Below, one piece after another: positions 1 to 8,531 of a stretch of 32,000 nucleotides of DNA. Each line of letters begins with the position of its first letter. Within the stretch, counting starts at the first letter, position 1. The position numbers and the translations under genes are program-made. Source of the DNA: Telmatocola sphagniphila. Its GTDB lineage: Bacteria; Planctomycetota; Planctomycetia; Gemmatales; Gemmataceae. The notes beneath the pieces were generated by a model. It was given only the letters and a program-made list of their open reading frames with translations, searched no databases and had not been told where the DNA came from. Where the stretch lies: the NCBI RefSeq assembly GCF_018398935.1, contig NZ_CP074694.1, positions 2,490,001 through 2,522,000 of the forward strand, read 5' to 3'.

Positions 1-1136
1 GTTTCTTCAAAACCGCATGCAGCGACAAATAGTCTTTTTCCGTGCCCGGTAAGGCCGGAGCCACCCGCACGTGATTCTCTTCCAGGTATTTCAACAGGGC
101 CGCACTATCCTTGGCTTTGATACCATGCTTCCAGGAGCAGAAGTCGGGGGTTTCCTGCAGAAATTGAACTGTGGAATCCAGGTTTCGCAGGAATTGCTTG
201 GCCTGAGTATATTTCATCAACCCGATTTCCTGGATCTGGGGAGCCAGCAAATCCGAGAGCTTCTGAATATCTTTCCGTAGTTCCTTAGCTTCCGAGGCCG
301 TCGGCTTCTCCTGCCGGTTCAGAGATACCAGAGCCTTATAGCCGGCCTGAATTTTGTTCTTCATCTCCTGGGTTTCGGCATCGGCATTATCGAAAGCCTC
401 TCCCCAGGGAAGTTTGTCCGAGTTAGGTAACATGAGGAAGCCATACTGCCCGTTGGCCTTGGCCGCATGGAAATTAATCTGGGACATATCCACATCGACC
501 GCTTTCGCAGGTCGATGCCCTTTGGTAGCCTCGTCCAGAAGCTGATCCAGCAGTGCGTTAATGGCTTCCCCGGTAAAAATATCCTTTTCCGTAAAGACTT
601 TAGGCGCTTTCACTTCGGCTTTTGGCGAGCTGGCTGGCTCCTGCACTTTCCGCCAGTTGTCGTAAGTACTGTCCTTAGCTCGCGATGGGGAAGTTTTTAC
701 AGGGGTACTGACATCCGTGGAGTTGTAAACGGCGTATGGGTTACCGATGTAATAGTAAGGGGAATAGCCGTAAGGGTTCAGGTAATAGTAAGGGGAATAG
801 TAATTGCGACTTCCATAGGCATAGTAGCCGAGGTTCAGCGTTCCGGCCCATGTACCTCCATACCGACTACTGGAATAGGCGGAGACCGATAGGTTTCCGC
901 CGTTGTAGAAATTGTTGTAGCCGTACGGCCACACGTAGTTGCTATTGTAGTAGCCGGTATTGTTGAAGCGGATGGCCGCCGCGCTCGAGTAATTGTAACC
1001 CGAATTCGCATAGCCGCCGGTGAACCCGTAGTTATAACCTGCACCATATCGAACCTGAGCATGCGCCTCAGAGTTCGGAACTGCACAGAACAAGCCCGCT
1101 GCCAGAACTGCTCGTACCAAGAGTTTGGATTTCATG
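1..1136 (-). CDS. Secreted protein with a Tyr/Gly/Asn-rich low-complexity region (partial; 3' end runs off the window)
   Basis: Absent from the ORF track because it has no stop codon inside the window. The reverse-strand ATG at 1136..1134 opens a frame that stays open to position 1. Hand translation: MKSKLLVRAVLAAGLFCAVPNSEAHAQVRYGAGYNYGFTGGYANSGYNY...NYYSPYYYLNPYGYSPYYYIGNPY..., followed by ordinary mixed sequence (...KELRKDIQKLSDLLAPQIQEIGLMKYTQAKQFLRNL...HAVLKK). The N-terminus looks like a Sec signal (basic n-region, hydrophobic core, AHA/Q). The + strand track ORFs here (467..892, 736..966) are R/G/V-rich mirror frames. Confidence 0.65.
720..1058 (-). repeat. Tyr/Gly/Asn-rich low-complexity coding segment containing a 19-nt direct repeat
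   Basis: I counted 29 Tyr in about 113 residues after the signal peptide. The + strand 19-mer gtaatagtaaggggaatag occurs at 749..767 and again at 782..800, 33 nt (11 codons) apart. Both copies encode YSPYYY. Confidence 0.8.
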
Positions 1137-1555
1137 GCTTTCCTTCTTTCCTACTGGTGCAACATCTTAGTGGAGTAATTCGTTTGTCGGTTTCATTTAT
1201 TCAACCGCAAATTCCTCACTGTTCATAATACCCCTTTTCTAGACGACTGTTTCAGTGAGAAAGGTCTCATTTAGACAAACATCTGAATATTAAGAGCTTA
1301 TTAGACACTTAAGTATATTCATCACAACAACTTACAACGATTCTGAACCTCGAATGAGAACTGTTCTATCGATCTGAAATCCGGCATTTTTCCAGCGGAT
1401 CAATGCGTACGGAAGAGGTGCTATTCCGGGAGCGGCTTCAGGATTTTTTTCAGACAAACCGAAATTGCCCACAAAAAGCAGATTCAATCCTCTACTCGCG
1501 GAAAGTCTTTGAATCCATGAGGCTTCCTTAGCCAGCCCACATTCTGTATTGAGTC

Positions 1556-1576
1556 GAGAGGATCGAATATCCCCTC
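1556..1576 (-). terminator. Weak hairpin just after the RND pump stop (possible terminator or 3' stabiliser)
   Basis: On the minus strand: GAGGGGAU-AUUCG-AUCCUCUC, an 8-bp stem with one G-U pair, starting about 12 nt after the TAG at 1591..1589. No U-tract follows, so the call is weak. Confidence 0.25.
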
Positions 1577-1588
1577 CTTTGCCGAATC

Positions 1589-4500
1589 CTACACCGTCTG
1601 GTCCGGTTCAGAGCGTGAATCGAAGATGCGATAAAGGGAGGGCAGCACAAAGAGCGTCAACAGAGTCGAAGTGATCAGTCCGCCAATCACTACCGTCGCC
1701 AGAGGTTGCTGCACTTCCGCCCCCGCATCCCTGGAGATCGCCATGGGAATAAAGCCGAGCGTGGCCACGAGCGCGGTCATGAGAACCGGGCGAATTCGAG
1801 TCATCGCCCCTTCGAAGCTAGCCGTTTCCAAATCCTTGCCGCTCTTGCGAAGCGACACAATATAAGTCACAAGCACCACTCCGTTCAGCACGGCCACACC
1901 AAATAAAGCAATGAATCCGACCCCGGCGGATATTGATAAAGGCATATCTCGCAGCCATAGTGCGATAATACCTCCGGTGGCGGCCAGAGGCACGTTCAGG
2001 TAGATGAGCAATGCCAGTCTGGTCGATTGAAACGTCGATTGCAAGAGGACGAAAATCAGCAGGAGCGCGATGGGAACGGCAATAGCCAGGCGCTTGCTGG
2101 CTTCCTCGAGATTCTTGAACTGTCCTCCCCACGAGAGGGTATAGCCGGTAGGCAAAGTGACTTCTCGTTCAATCGCTTCCTTGGCCCGGGATACGAACCC
2201 GGCCAGATCCTCCCCTTTCACACCGCATTCGACAATCGTCCGACGGCGGATACTCTCGCGGCTAATCTGCATCGGCCCCTCCTCGAGAACAAACTCAGCC
2301 AGCAATTCCATGGGAATCTGTCGACCTTGGGCGTCAGCGATTTTGACTTGCTTCAATTTTTCCAGATCGTTTCGCCAATCCGGCCCGAGTCGGACCTGAA
2401 TGGGAAATCGCCGTTGCTCTTCGAACACGGCTCCCACTTCTTTACCTCCAATGGCCGCCACCGCATCAAGCACGGCGGACACATTGACTCCATAACGAGC
2501 AACTGCTTTACGATTTACTATGATCCGGAGATAAGGCAGGCCGCCAGTCACTTCCACGGCGACTTCGCGTGCTTCGGGCAGCGTGTTGAGTACGCGGGCA
2601 ATATCATTGGCCGTCTCGCGTAACTTGGTGAGATCGTCGCCATAGATACTGATTCCCACTTCCGCCTTCGTTCCGGAGATCAGCTCGTCGATCCGCAATT
2701 CGATCGGTTGCGAAAAATTCGTGTACTTATTCCCGGGCACTTCGGCTTCGAGATGTTCTTTGATTTGGTCGACGATATCCTGCTTTCGCTCGACCGTCCA
2801 TTCCGAACGGGGTTTCAGCATCACCACGACATCGGTCAGAGAAATGGGCATGGGATCGATGGCAATTTCCGGGCGCCCCGATTTGCAAATCACGCTTTGG
2901 ATTTCAGGGATTTTCATCAGACACTCTTCCACCCGCGATGTCATTTGCACAGAAGTTTCCAGAGACGAACTCGGTAAACGGGAGGCCTGGAACGCAATCG
3001 AGTTTTCATCGAGTTTGGGGATGAATTGAGCTCCCATATTCATCGCCAGCATCACACTCACGGCAAACGCCAGGGCCGAAATTAGGAATAAAACGCCGGG
3101 AAAACTCATCGCGATTCTCAGCAACGGTCCATAAATTTTCTTGGCCAGCCGGATGAGTATCGGTTCCTTTTCTGAAACTGTGCGTAGAAAGACGGAAGCC
3201 AAAACGGGCATCAGAGTTAACGCCAGAATCAGCGAAGTGATCAGAGCGAAAAGCACGGTTAAAGCCATGGGACGGAACATCTTTCCTTCGATACCGCGCA
3301 AGCTGAGAATCGGCAGATAGACCAGAACGATGATCCCTACGCCGAAGACTACCGGTCGAGCCACTTCGTGACAGGCCAGTCGAATCGTTTCCATTTCGAC
3401 TTTCTTCTGACCGGTATGGTGCTTCCGTTCCGCCACCCAGCGAACCACATTCTCGATCATGACCACCGATCCATCGACGATGAGGCCGAAATCGATAGCT
3501 CCCAGGCTCATCAAATTTCCACTCAAACCCGCGTAGAGCATGCCGACAAATGCCCCCAGCATAGCCAGTGGCACGGCCAGCGCCACTATCAGCCCCGCTC
3601 GGACACTGCCCAGAAGAATCAGTAATACAAAAATAACGAGAGCGCCCCCTTCCCAGAGATTCTTGATCAACGTTTTGACGGTCCGTTCAACTAACTCTGT
3701 GCGATCGTAAAACACATCGATTTCAATGCCTTCGGGAAGGGTCTTGCGAATCTCATCGATCTTTTCCCGAACGCGTGCGACAACTTCTCGGCCATTCTCA
3801 CCTGCGAGCAGCATGACGATTCCGACTACGGCTTCTCCTTTGGCATCCCTCGTCACTGCGCCCTGCCGAAGTACTGGGGCAAAGACCACTTCAGCGACCT
3901 GCGACAGATAGACCGGTGTGCCATCCTGCCGGGTGTCGAGGACGATGTTTTTGAGGCTTTCCACATCATTCACCACCCCTTCCCCTCGAATTATGCGATG
4001 CTCTCCGGTGTGTTCGAGCAGGTACCCCCCACCTTCGTTGGAGTTGTTCTGCTTCACAGCTTCGTAAACTTTGCCAATGGGAATCTTGAATTCCTGGAGC
4101 CGACGCGGATCGAGTCGGACTTCATAGGCGCGTAATTCCCCGCCCAGTGCATTGATTTCCACGACGCCCGGGACGCTCTTGAGTTGGTAGGCGATCTGCC
4201 ATTCCAGAACTTCCCGCAGCTTCATCAAGTCGTGTTGGAAGCCCGGGGCGTTGCGAACTTGAAACTGATAGATTTCTCCTAAACCGGTAGCGATGGGCCC
4301 GAGTTTCGGAACCGGTACCCCGGCCGGAATCGCTTCTCGCGCATCCTGCAGCCGCTCACCGATCTGCTGCCGAGCCCAATAAATATCGGTGCCTTCCTCG
4401 AAAACTACCGTGACCACGGAGAGTCCGAATTGCGAGACGCTCCGAATTTCGTCGAGATGGGGCATTCCGGCGAGGCTATTTTCGACAGGCGATGTGATGA

Positions 4501-4690
4501 AACGCTCGACTTCCAGAGGCGATAGTGCGGGCGCGGTGGACATCACCTGCACCTGGACGTTGGTCACATCCGGCACAGCATCCACCGGCAGCCGGAGCAT
4601 CGACCAGACGCCGGCACCGGCCATGAGTACGGTCAGCAAAATGATGAGCAGGCGGTTATCGAGCGAGAAATCAATGATTTTCTTGAACAC
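1589..4690 (-). CDS. CusA/CzcA-family heavy-metal efflux RND transporter (HME-RND inner-membrane pump)
   Basis: 1033 aa with a GTG start. The family-typical N-terminus (FKKIIDFSLDNRLLIILLTVLMAGAGVWSMLRLPVDAVPDVTNVQVQV) and the length, with large periplasmic loops between TM clusters, match the 12-TM RND architecture. It lies directly downstream of an adaptor gene. Confidence 0.93.
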   Translation of the reverse strand: MFKKIIDFSLDNRLLIILLTVLMAGAGVWSMLRLPVDAVPDVTNVQVQVMSTAPALSPLEVERFITSPVENSLAGMPHLDEIRSVSQFGLSVVTVVFEEGTDIYWARQQIGERLQDAREAIPAGVPVPKLGPIATGLGEIYQFQVRNAPGFQHDLMKLREVLEWQIAYQLKSVPGVVEINALGGELRAYEVRLDPRRLQEFKIPIGKVYEAVKQNNSNEGGGYLLEHTGEHRIIRGEGVVNDVESLKNIVLDTRQDGTPVYLSQVAEVVFAPVLRQGAVTRDAKGEAVVGIVMLLAGENGREVVARVREKIDEIRKTLPEGIEIDVFYDRTELVERTVKTLIKNLWEGGALVIFVLLILLGSVRAGLIVALAVPLAMLGAFVGMLYAGLSGNLMSLGAIDFGLIVDGSVVMIENVVRWVAERKHHTGQKKVEMETIRLACHEVARPVVFGVGIIVLVYLPILSLRGIEGKMFRPMALTVLFALITSLILALTLMPVLASVFLRTVSEKEPILIRLAKKIYGPLLRIAMSFPGVLFLISALAFAVSVMLAMNMGAQFIPKLDENSIAFQASRLPSSSLETSVQMTSRVEECLMKIPEIQSVICKSGRPEIAIDPMPISLTDVVVMLKPRSEWTVERKQDIVDQIKEHLEAEVPGNKYTNFSQPIELRIDELISGTKAEVGISIYGDDLTKLRETANDIARVLNTLPEAREVAVEVTGGLPYLRIIVNRKAVARYGVNVSAVLDAVAAIGGKEVGAVFEEQRRFPIQVRLGPDWRNDLEKLKQVKIADAQGRQIPMELLAEFVLEEGPMQISRESIRRRTIVECGVKGEDLAGFVSRAKEAIEREVTLPTGYTLSWGGQFKNLEEASKRLAIAVPIALLLIFVLLQSTFQSTRLALLIYLNVPLAATGGIIALWLRDMPLSISAGVGFIALFGVAVLNGVVLVTYIVSLRKSGKDLETASFEGAMTRIRPVLMTALVATLGFIPMAISRDAGAEVQQPLATVVIGGLITSTLLTLFVLPSLYRIFDSRSEPDQTV

Positions 4691-4756
4691 TGGAAATCCG
4701 AATTAGAATGCGTGAAGAAGTTCGACTCGGCCTTCGAGGAGATTTCTCTTGGCCGG

Positions 4757-6244
4757 TCAGTCGCCGGTGATCAGTTCCTTGAGCAATATGGACTTCAGGG
4801 TGAAGCCTCCGGTTAGGACCACTTTGTCCTCTGGTTTCAGACCCGATCTGATTTCGACGTCCTTCCCTGCAACCCGACCCAGCACCACGGACCGGGTTTG
4901 GAAATCCTCCTCGCTCACGTGAACGAAAACGAACACCTTGCTTTCGTGACGCATGATGGCACTTTTGGGAAGCAGCATCACCGGCTTTTCATCAAGGGCC
5001 TTAGGCAGTCCGACTTCCACGAACTGGCCCGGCTTCCAGATTCGGCCGGGATTGTCAGTCCAGGCAGTAAGCGTGACGGCACGCGATTGTTTGTCGAAAA
5101 TCTGGCCGGGATCGATCACGGTTCCCTTCAAATCTCCGGGGCTGTCTTCACTGATTCGAAAAGGGATCGTCTTACCGGTTAAAGATTTCACCAGGTTCAG
5201 ATCGCTATCGAACACATCGGCCTGCAGCCAGACGCGAGAAACATCGGCGATTAACAGCAGTTGCGAGTCAGCCGTCACGCGTTCCCCCTGGGCAATTTTC
5301 TTTTCAATTAGGGTGCCGGAGAACGGGGCCTTGATTGAAACCAGTGATGCCAAATGAGGTTGAGTGAGTGGATCATTATTGGCGAGATCGGATGTACTGA
5401 AGCCGAGTAACATTAAGCGCGCCCGCGTAGTCGCTAAGGCCGTTTCCGCTTCTTTGACTTTTAATTCCACCTGATGGATGGAGTGATGCGCATGATGCTT
5501 GGCTTCTTCCAAGGTCGCTTTCAGTGTGGCTTCAGCCGTTTCAGCCTCCATTTCGACTTTGCGATAGGTTGCTTCAGGCACTCCCGCCAGACCAGCCTTG
5601 ACCGACTTCAACTGATCGCGCGCCTGATTGCGTTTCGAATAAGCCACCAGTAGTTGTTGCCTCCAGTCGCCCAGCGGCTTATTCAAAAACTGTTTTTCGA
5701 TATCGATGATGGTCGATTCCTGTCGGATTGCCTTGATCAACGATTCCGCATTTGTCGAAGTGATCGTCAACCAGTCGGCATGTTCGTGTTCCGCGGCCAG
5801 AGCGGATTCCATTTTCAGAAGTTCCAGCCTCAGTTGACCGACTTCGCGACTTTCAATCACCACCAGGGGTTCGCCCGCATGAACTTCCTGGCCGAGTCGC
5901 ACTTTCACCTCTCGAACGATGCCATCCACCGGAGTCGAGACGCGAGCTAGCTGTTCCTCGTTCAGCGCGATTCGACCCGTTCGCCAGGCGAAATCGACGA
6001 AAGGTTGCAACCGAGGTGTGCCTATCGTAACTCCAGCTGCAGCCCACCTTTCCGGCTTGAACTCCACCTGATTGGAGGGTTTCTCTTCCTCCTTGTGGTC
6101 GTCCGGTTTTTCTTGAGCCGTCTTCGACGCAGACAGCCAACGGTTGCCGAAGTAGCCGCCGCCGCCGCCCAGAAGCAGGCATAATAGTCCGACAAATGGT
6201 AGCGATATGCGCCGGCGTGGCCGGGGATTGAGATTGGCACTCAT
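4757..6244 (-). CDS. Efflux RND periplasmic adaptor subunit (membrane fusion protein, CzcB/CusB/HlyD-like)
   Basis: 495 aa, ATG start. It has an N-terminal membrane anchor (ISLPFVGLLCLLLGGGGG). A lipoyl-like half-motif (VSTPVDGIVREVKVRLGQEVHAGEPLVVIES) is followed by a long helical hairpin, a second half-motif (IKAPFSGTLIEKKIAQGERV) and a beta-barrel tail. The stop lies 66 nt upstream of the pump gene on the same strand. Confidence 0.9.
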   Translation of the reverse strand: MSANLNPRPRRRISLPFVGLLCLLLGGGGGYFGNRWLSASKTAQEKPDDHKEEEKPSNQVEFKPERWAAAGVTIGTPRLQPFVDFAWRTGRIALNEEQLARVSTPVDGIVREVKVRLGQEVHAGEPLVVIESREVGQLRLELLKMESALAAEHEHADWLTITSTNAESLIKAIRQESTIIDIEKQFLNKPLGDWRQQLLVAYSKRNQARDQLKSVKAGLAGVPEATYRKVEMEAETAEATLKATLEEAKHHAHHSIHQVELKVKEAETALATTRARLMLLGFSTSDLANNDPLTQPHLASLVSIKAPFSGTLIEKKIAQGERVTADSQLLLIADVSRVWLQADVFDSDLNLVKSLTGKTIPFRISEDSPGDLKGTVIDPGQIFDKQSRAVTLTAWTDNPGRIWKPGQFVEVGLPKALDEKPVMLLPKSAIMRHESKVFVFVHVSEEDFQTRSVVLGRVAGKDVEIRSGLKPEDKVVLTGGFTLKSILLKELITGD

Positions 6245-6309
6245 TGCTGTAAACCGGAAAAATTAATGAAATAATTCGGGCGAAAGAGAGTTATCAGAAC
6301 GGAAGATGG

Positions 6310-6741
6310 TTACAAGCGAAGAATTGTGGAGCGCGAGTACAAATTTGAGGAAGAATTTGATAGTGCGTCGGGCAAGGAGCGGAGCTGAGGTCGCTCCAGG
6401 GAGCCGAGACCCGAATGGGCCTGGGGGAGAAATTCAACGAGGAGTGAACCAAAGTCGGTATGGAATACCGTGCTATTCTCAGGTGGTATGGGATGGGAAT
6501 CGAAGGCAGGTTGGGTGGAGGTTGTTTTCTCAACCGGAACCTCATCGAGCTCAATGCCAAGCAGAAGATAATGCGAGTGGACGAATCGGGAATCCGAACC
6601 CAAATTGCCATTCTTATCCAGTACAAGCCTAACACCTGGACTGGTTTCCGCATCTTCGTCTGAATGGCAATGAGTCACCCGAATTCCCGTCTGAATCAGA
6701 CAGAACCAGAGTACTAGCAGAAACTTAAACCGCGTTGCCAT
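6310..6741 (-). CDS. Hypothetical small secreted His-containing protein, possibly the first gene of the RND operon
   Basis: This is the internal ATG of track ORF 6310..6777. It gives MATRFKFLLVLWFCLIQTGIRVTHCHSDEDAE..., a signal-like N-terminus followed by HCH, HSH and several more His. It sits on the same strand as the adaptor gene, 65 nt upstream. Competing frames (6306..6632 +, 6294..6653 -) look less protein-like. I recognised no family. Confidence 0.4.
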   Translation of the reverse strand: MATRFKFLLVLWFCLIQTGIRVTHCHSDEDAETSPGVRLVLDKNGNLGSDSRFVHSHYLLLGIELDEVPVEKTTSTQPAFDSHPIPPENSTVFHTDFGSLLVEFLPQAHSGLGSLERPQLRSLPDALSNSSSNLYSRSTILRL

Positions 6742-7003
6742 AAATGTAGAATAGTCGAGATGGGCAGAAAGTGTCAACCGAAAACCGCATGTAGAGCAGG
6801 CATCAGAAGGACCGGAATCTCGTTGATCTCAAAACCAATTGAACGATTCTCAGAGTTCCTCCAAGCTTCACGGCCGCTAGAAAATTGCGAAGATTGTTTG
6901 AAGTCTTGAGGCCAAATGTAACAAACGACGATTTCTGGTATTCAAGTTCGCCCTCATCGATTACCATAGGGGCCGTTGCAAATCCACACATCAAACTGAA
7001 TTC

Positions 7004-7009
7004 AGGAGG
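7004..7009 (+). promoter_or_regulatory. Shine-Dalgarno sequence AGGAGG
   Basis: A perfect AGGAGG lies 5 nt upstream of the ATG at 7015. Confidence 0.6.
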
Positions 7010-7014
7010 TTGCT

Positions 7015-7407
7015 ATGTTGATGCGTTTAGTGATTGCGTTCGGAATTCTGGTTTCGATCACCGGGGTGGCCGTTACCGCACCGCCGCCGACCAAGGCGAA
7101 AGAAGACCCAGCCGTACCCGCAACTAAAGAAAAAATTGTTGAGAAGCTGATCGGGAAGTGGGAGGTCTTAAAAGCAGATAATCCCGCGATGAATGGCGCC
7201 ACCCTGCACTTCGAAAAAGGCGGCAAATACATTTACGAAGTCGAAGGAGTTAAGGCGGAAGGGACCTTTGAGATTGAAGACGGGAAATTGATCACTCGCA
7301 TTGGCTCAGCCAGCGATACCGACAACTTCAAGAAGTTGAATAACGAGGAATTGGAAATCATCAATTTGGACAAACAGTACACTTTGCTGAAAAGGAAGAA
7401 AGATTAA
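7015..7407 (+). CDS. Small secreted protein, TIGR03066/TIGR03067-like (planctomycete paralogous family, lipocalin-like)
   Basis: 130 aa with a strong SD. It has a signal peptide (MLMRLVIAFGILVSITGVAVTA). The pattern that follows is LIGKWEVLK...GATLHFEKGGKYIY...GTFEIEDGKLI...LEIINLDKQYTLLKRK. As I recall, this resembles the small Gemmata/planctomycete paralogous families. The family assignment is tentative. Confidence 0.75.
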   Translation: MLMRLVIAFGILVSITGVAVTAPPPTKAKEDPAVPATKEKIVEKLIGKWEVLKADNPAMNGATLHFEKGGKYIYEVEGVKAEGTFEIEDGKLITRIGSASDTDNFKKLNNEELEIINLDKQYTLLKRKKD

Positions 7408-7455
7408 TTTTTGGATCGTAAATTTTCAAGATCGCCCACTCCTCTCGCACCCGAT

Positions 7456-8244
7456 TCATATTTTCCCCAGCGGGGATTGATCCTGCGTTTGAGAAATCAG
7501 CAATTGGTAGAGCTGATGCGGCGGCATCCATCTCGATAACTGCTCTGCAATGGGATCTCTACGGATCAAATCTTCCAACTCTTCTTCTTTCACGTCCAAT
7601 GGAGTCAACGCGCGAACGAGTTTCGGATTGATTTTATGCATAGTGAATCGTTTATCCGCTGTGACGGCCGCGATCACGAATACCACCATATGAAGAATAA
7701 AATTTGCAAGTAAGATCCAAATAAATTCTGGTTTTGTTGAAAAAACTGCTCCCAGGATGGCCATCGTAATCACTAGAGAGAATACGATCCCACAACCGAC
7801 ACCATCGAGGTAAAATAAATTTCGTCGATGGATTTGGGAGGCCTTGTATGAGGGATAAAGCAAATGGAAAGGGGCGGATATCAACCTCTCCCGGTCGTCT
7901 TTTGCGGAGTCATTCAACATAATCTCATTGCATAGCTGAAGTTCTGTATACAGACCTGCTTCCAAATCCGGACGGGTCATCTGAATCAACTCTTCCAAGT
8001 CAGCCTGTGTATTCTTCAAAATTGTCCGATAATTTAGCGGATTGGTCGGATAAGTTTGATTGCAGTTTTCGCAAATCCTTTCGTGTCCCAACAACTTATA
8101 ACTTGAGATGGGAATCTCATAGATGTGCCAATGCTCCGCAATGCGAACAACCTTAAACGGCTGCCGGCTATGGCAAATCAGGCAGTAACTGGCTACTCTC
8201 CCCAACTCCGTGTAGACAATTTTCGTCCCGAAATGGATGAACAT
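7456..8244 (-). CDS. Zinc-ribbon domain membrane protein (N-terminal CxxC...CxxC, two TM helices), function unknown
   Basis: I prefer the internal ATG at 8244, which gives MFIHFGTKIVYTELGRVASYCLICHSRQPFKVVRIAEHWHIYEIPISSYKLLGHERICENCNQ. 'MFIxFGT...CxxC...IP...CxxC' is the usual opening of zinc-ribbon membrane proteins. Two hydrophobic helices follow (GVGCGIVFSLVITMAILGAVF and FIWILLANFILHMVVFVIAAV). The track's upstream extension to 8379 is not protein-like. Confidence 0.7.
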   Translation of the reverse strand: MFIHFGTKIVYTELGRVASYCLICHSRQPFKVVRIAEHWHIYEIPISSYKLLGHERICENCNQTYPTNPLNYRTILKNTQADLEELIQMTRPDLEAGLYTELQLCNEIMLNDSAKDDRERLISAPFHLLYPSYKASQIHRRNLFYLDGVGCGIVFSLVITMAILGAVFSTKPEFIWILLANFILHMVVFVIAAVTADKRFTMHKINPKLVRALTPLDVKEEELEDLIRRDPIAEQLSRWMPPHQLYQLLISQTQDQSPLGKI

Positions 8245-8531
8245 CTGGAGTCTCACCTGACTGCAGCAATGTACCGGAGAGGGTCGGAACATTTTGCCAC
8301 ACCTCGCCAAGCCCTTCAACTGCAAAGGACTTTCCCGTTGCGAATTCTGTTCGAATCGAGCGTAGAAGAACTTTCCCAATCGTATTCCTTCTGAGATCGC
8401 TTAAAATGAGTTAGGTCAGGAGGAAAATTCATGGAACTTCCGCCAAGACCTGAATCTCTAAGCGGAAGAGCGAGTTGATACTCTCAGCAACTCAACTTCT
8501 GCATAAAAGCCCGCCGTATTTTTCCGCCAGG

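Noticed and set aside
9-19. 11-nt identity aaaaccgcatg at 9..19 and 6781..6791.
   Set aside because: Many 11-mer coincidences are expected by chance in a 32-kb window, and there is no extended similarity around either copy.
71-966. Plus-strand track ORFs 71..280, 354..545, 467..892 and 736..966, and the minus ORF 835..1086 in another frame.
   Set aside because: A single minus-strand frame is open across the whole interval 1..1136. It has a proper ATG, a signal peptide and protein-like sequence. The listed ORFs are mirror or shifted frames of it, with R/V/G-rich or R/T-rich products.
1403-1531. 42-codon + strand ORF (MRTEEVLFRERLQDFFQTNRNCPQKADSILYSRKVFESMRLP) in the long spacer.
   Set aside because: It has no ribosome-binding site and no recognisable family, and its length is within chance expectation for an AT-rich spacer.
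1569-1580. Strong SD-like AAAGGAGGGG on the minus strand immediately after the RND pump stop. I considered it as the RBS of an unlisted small gene.
   Set aside because: No start codon lies within a usable distance; the nearest ATG is about 34 nt downstream. The G-run is better explained as one arm of the weak hairpin at 1556..1576.
6803-6994. 63-aa minus-strand ORF between the putative RND operon and the small secreted-protein gene. I considered it as a possible small regulator.
   Set aside because: It has no SD, no recognisable domain (no HTH or metal-sensor motif) and lies in a region that must hold divergent promoters. Support is insufficient.
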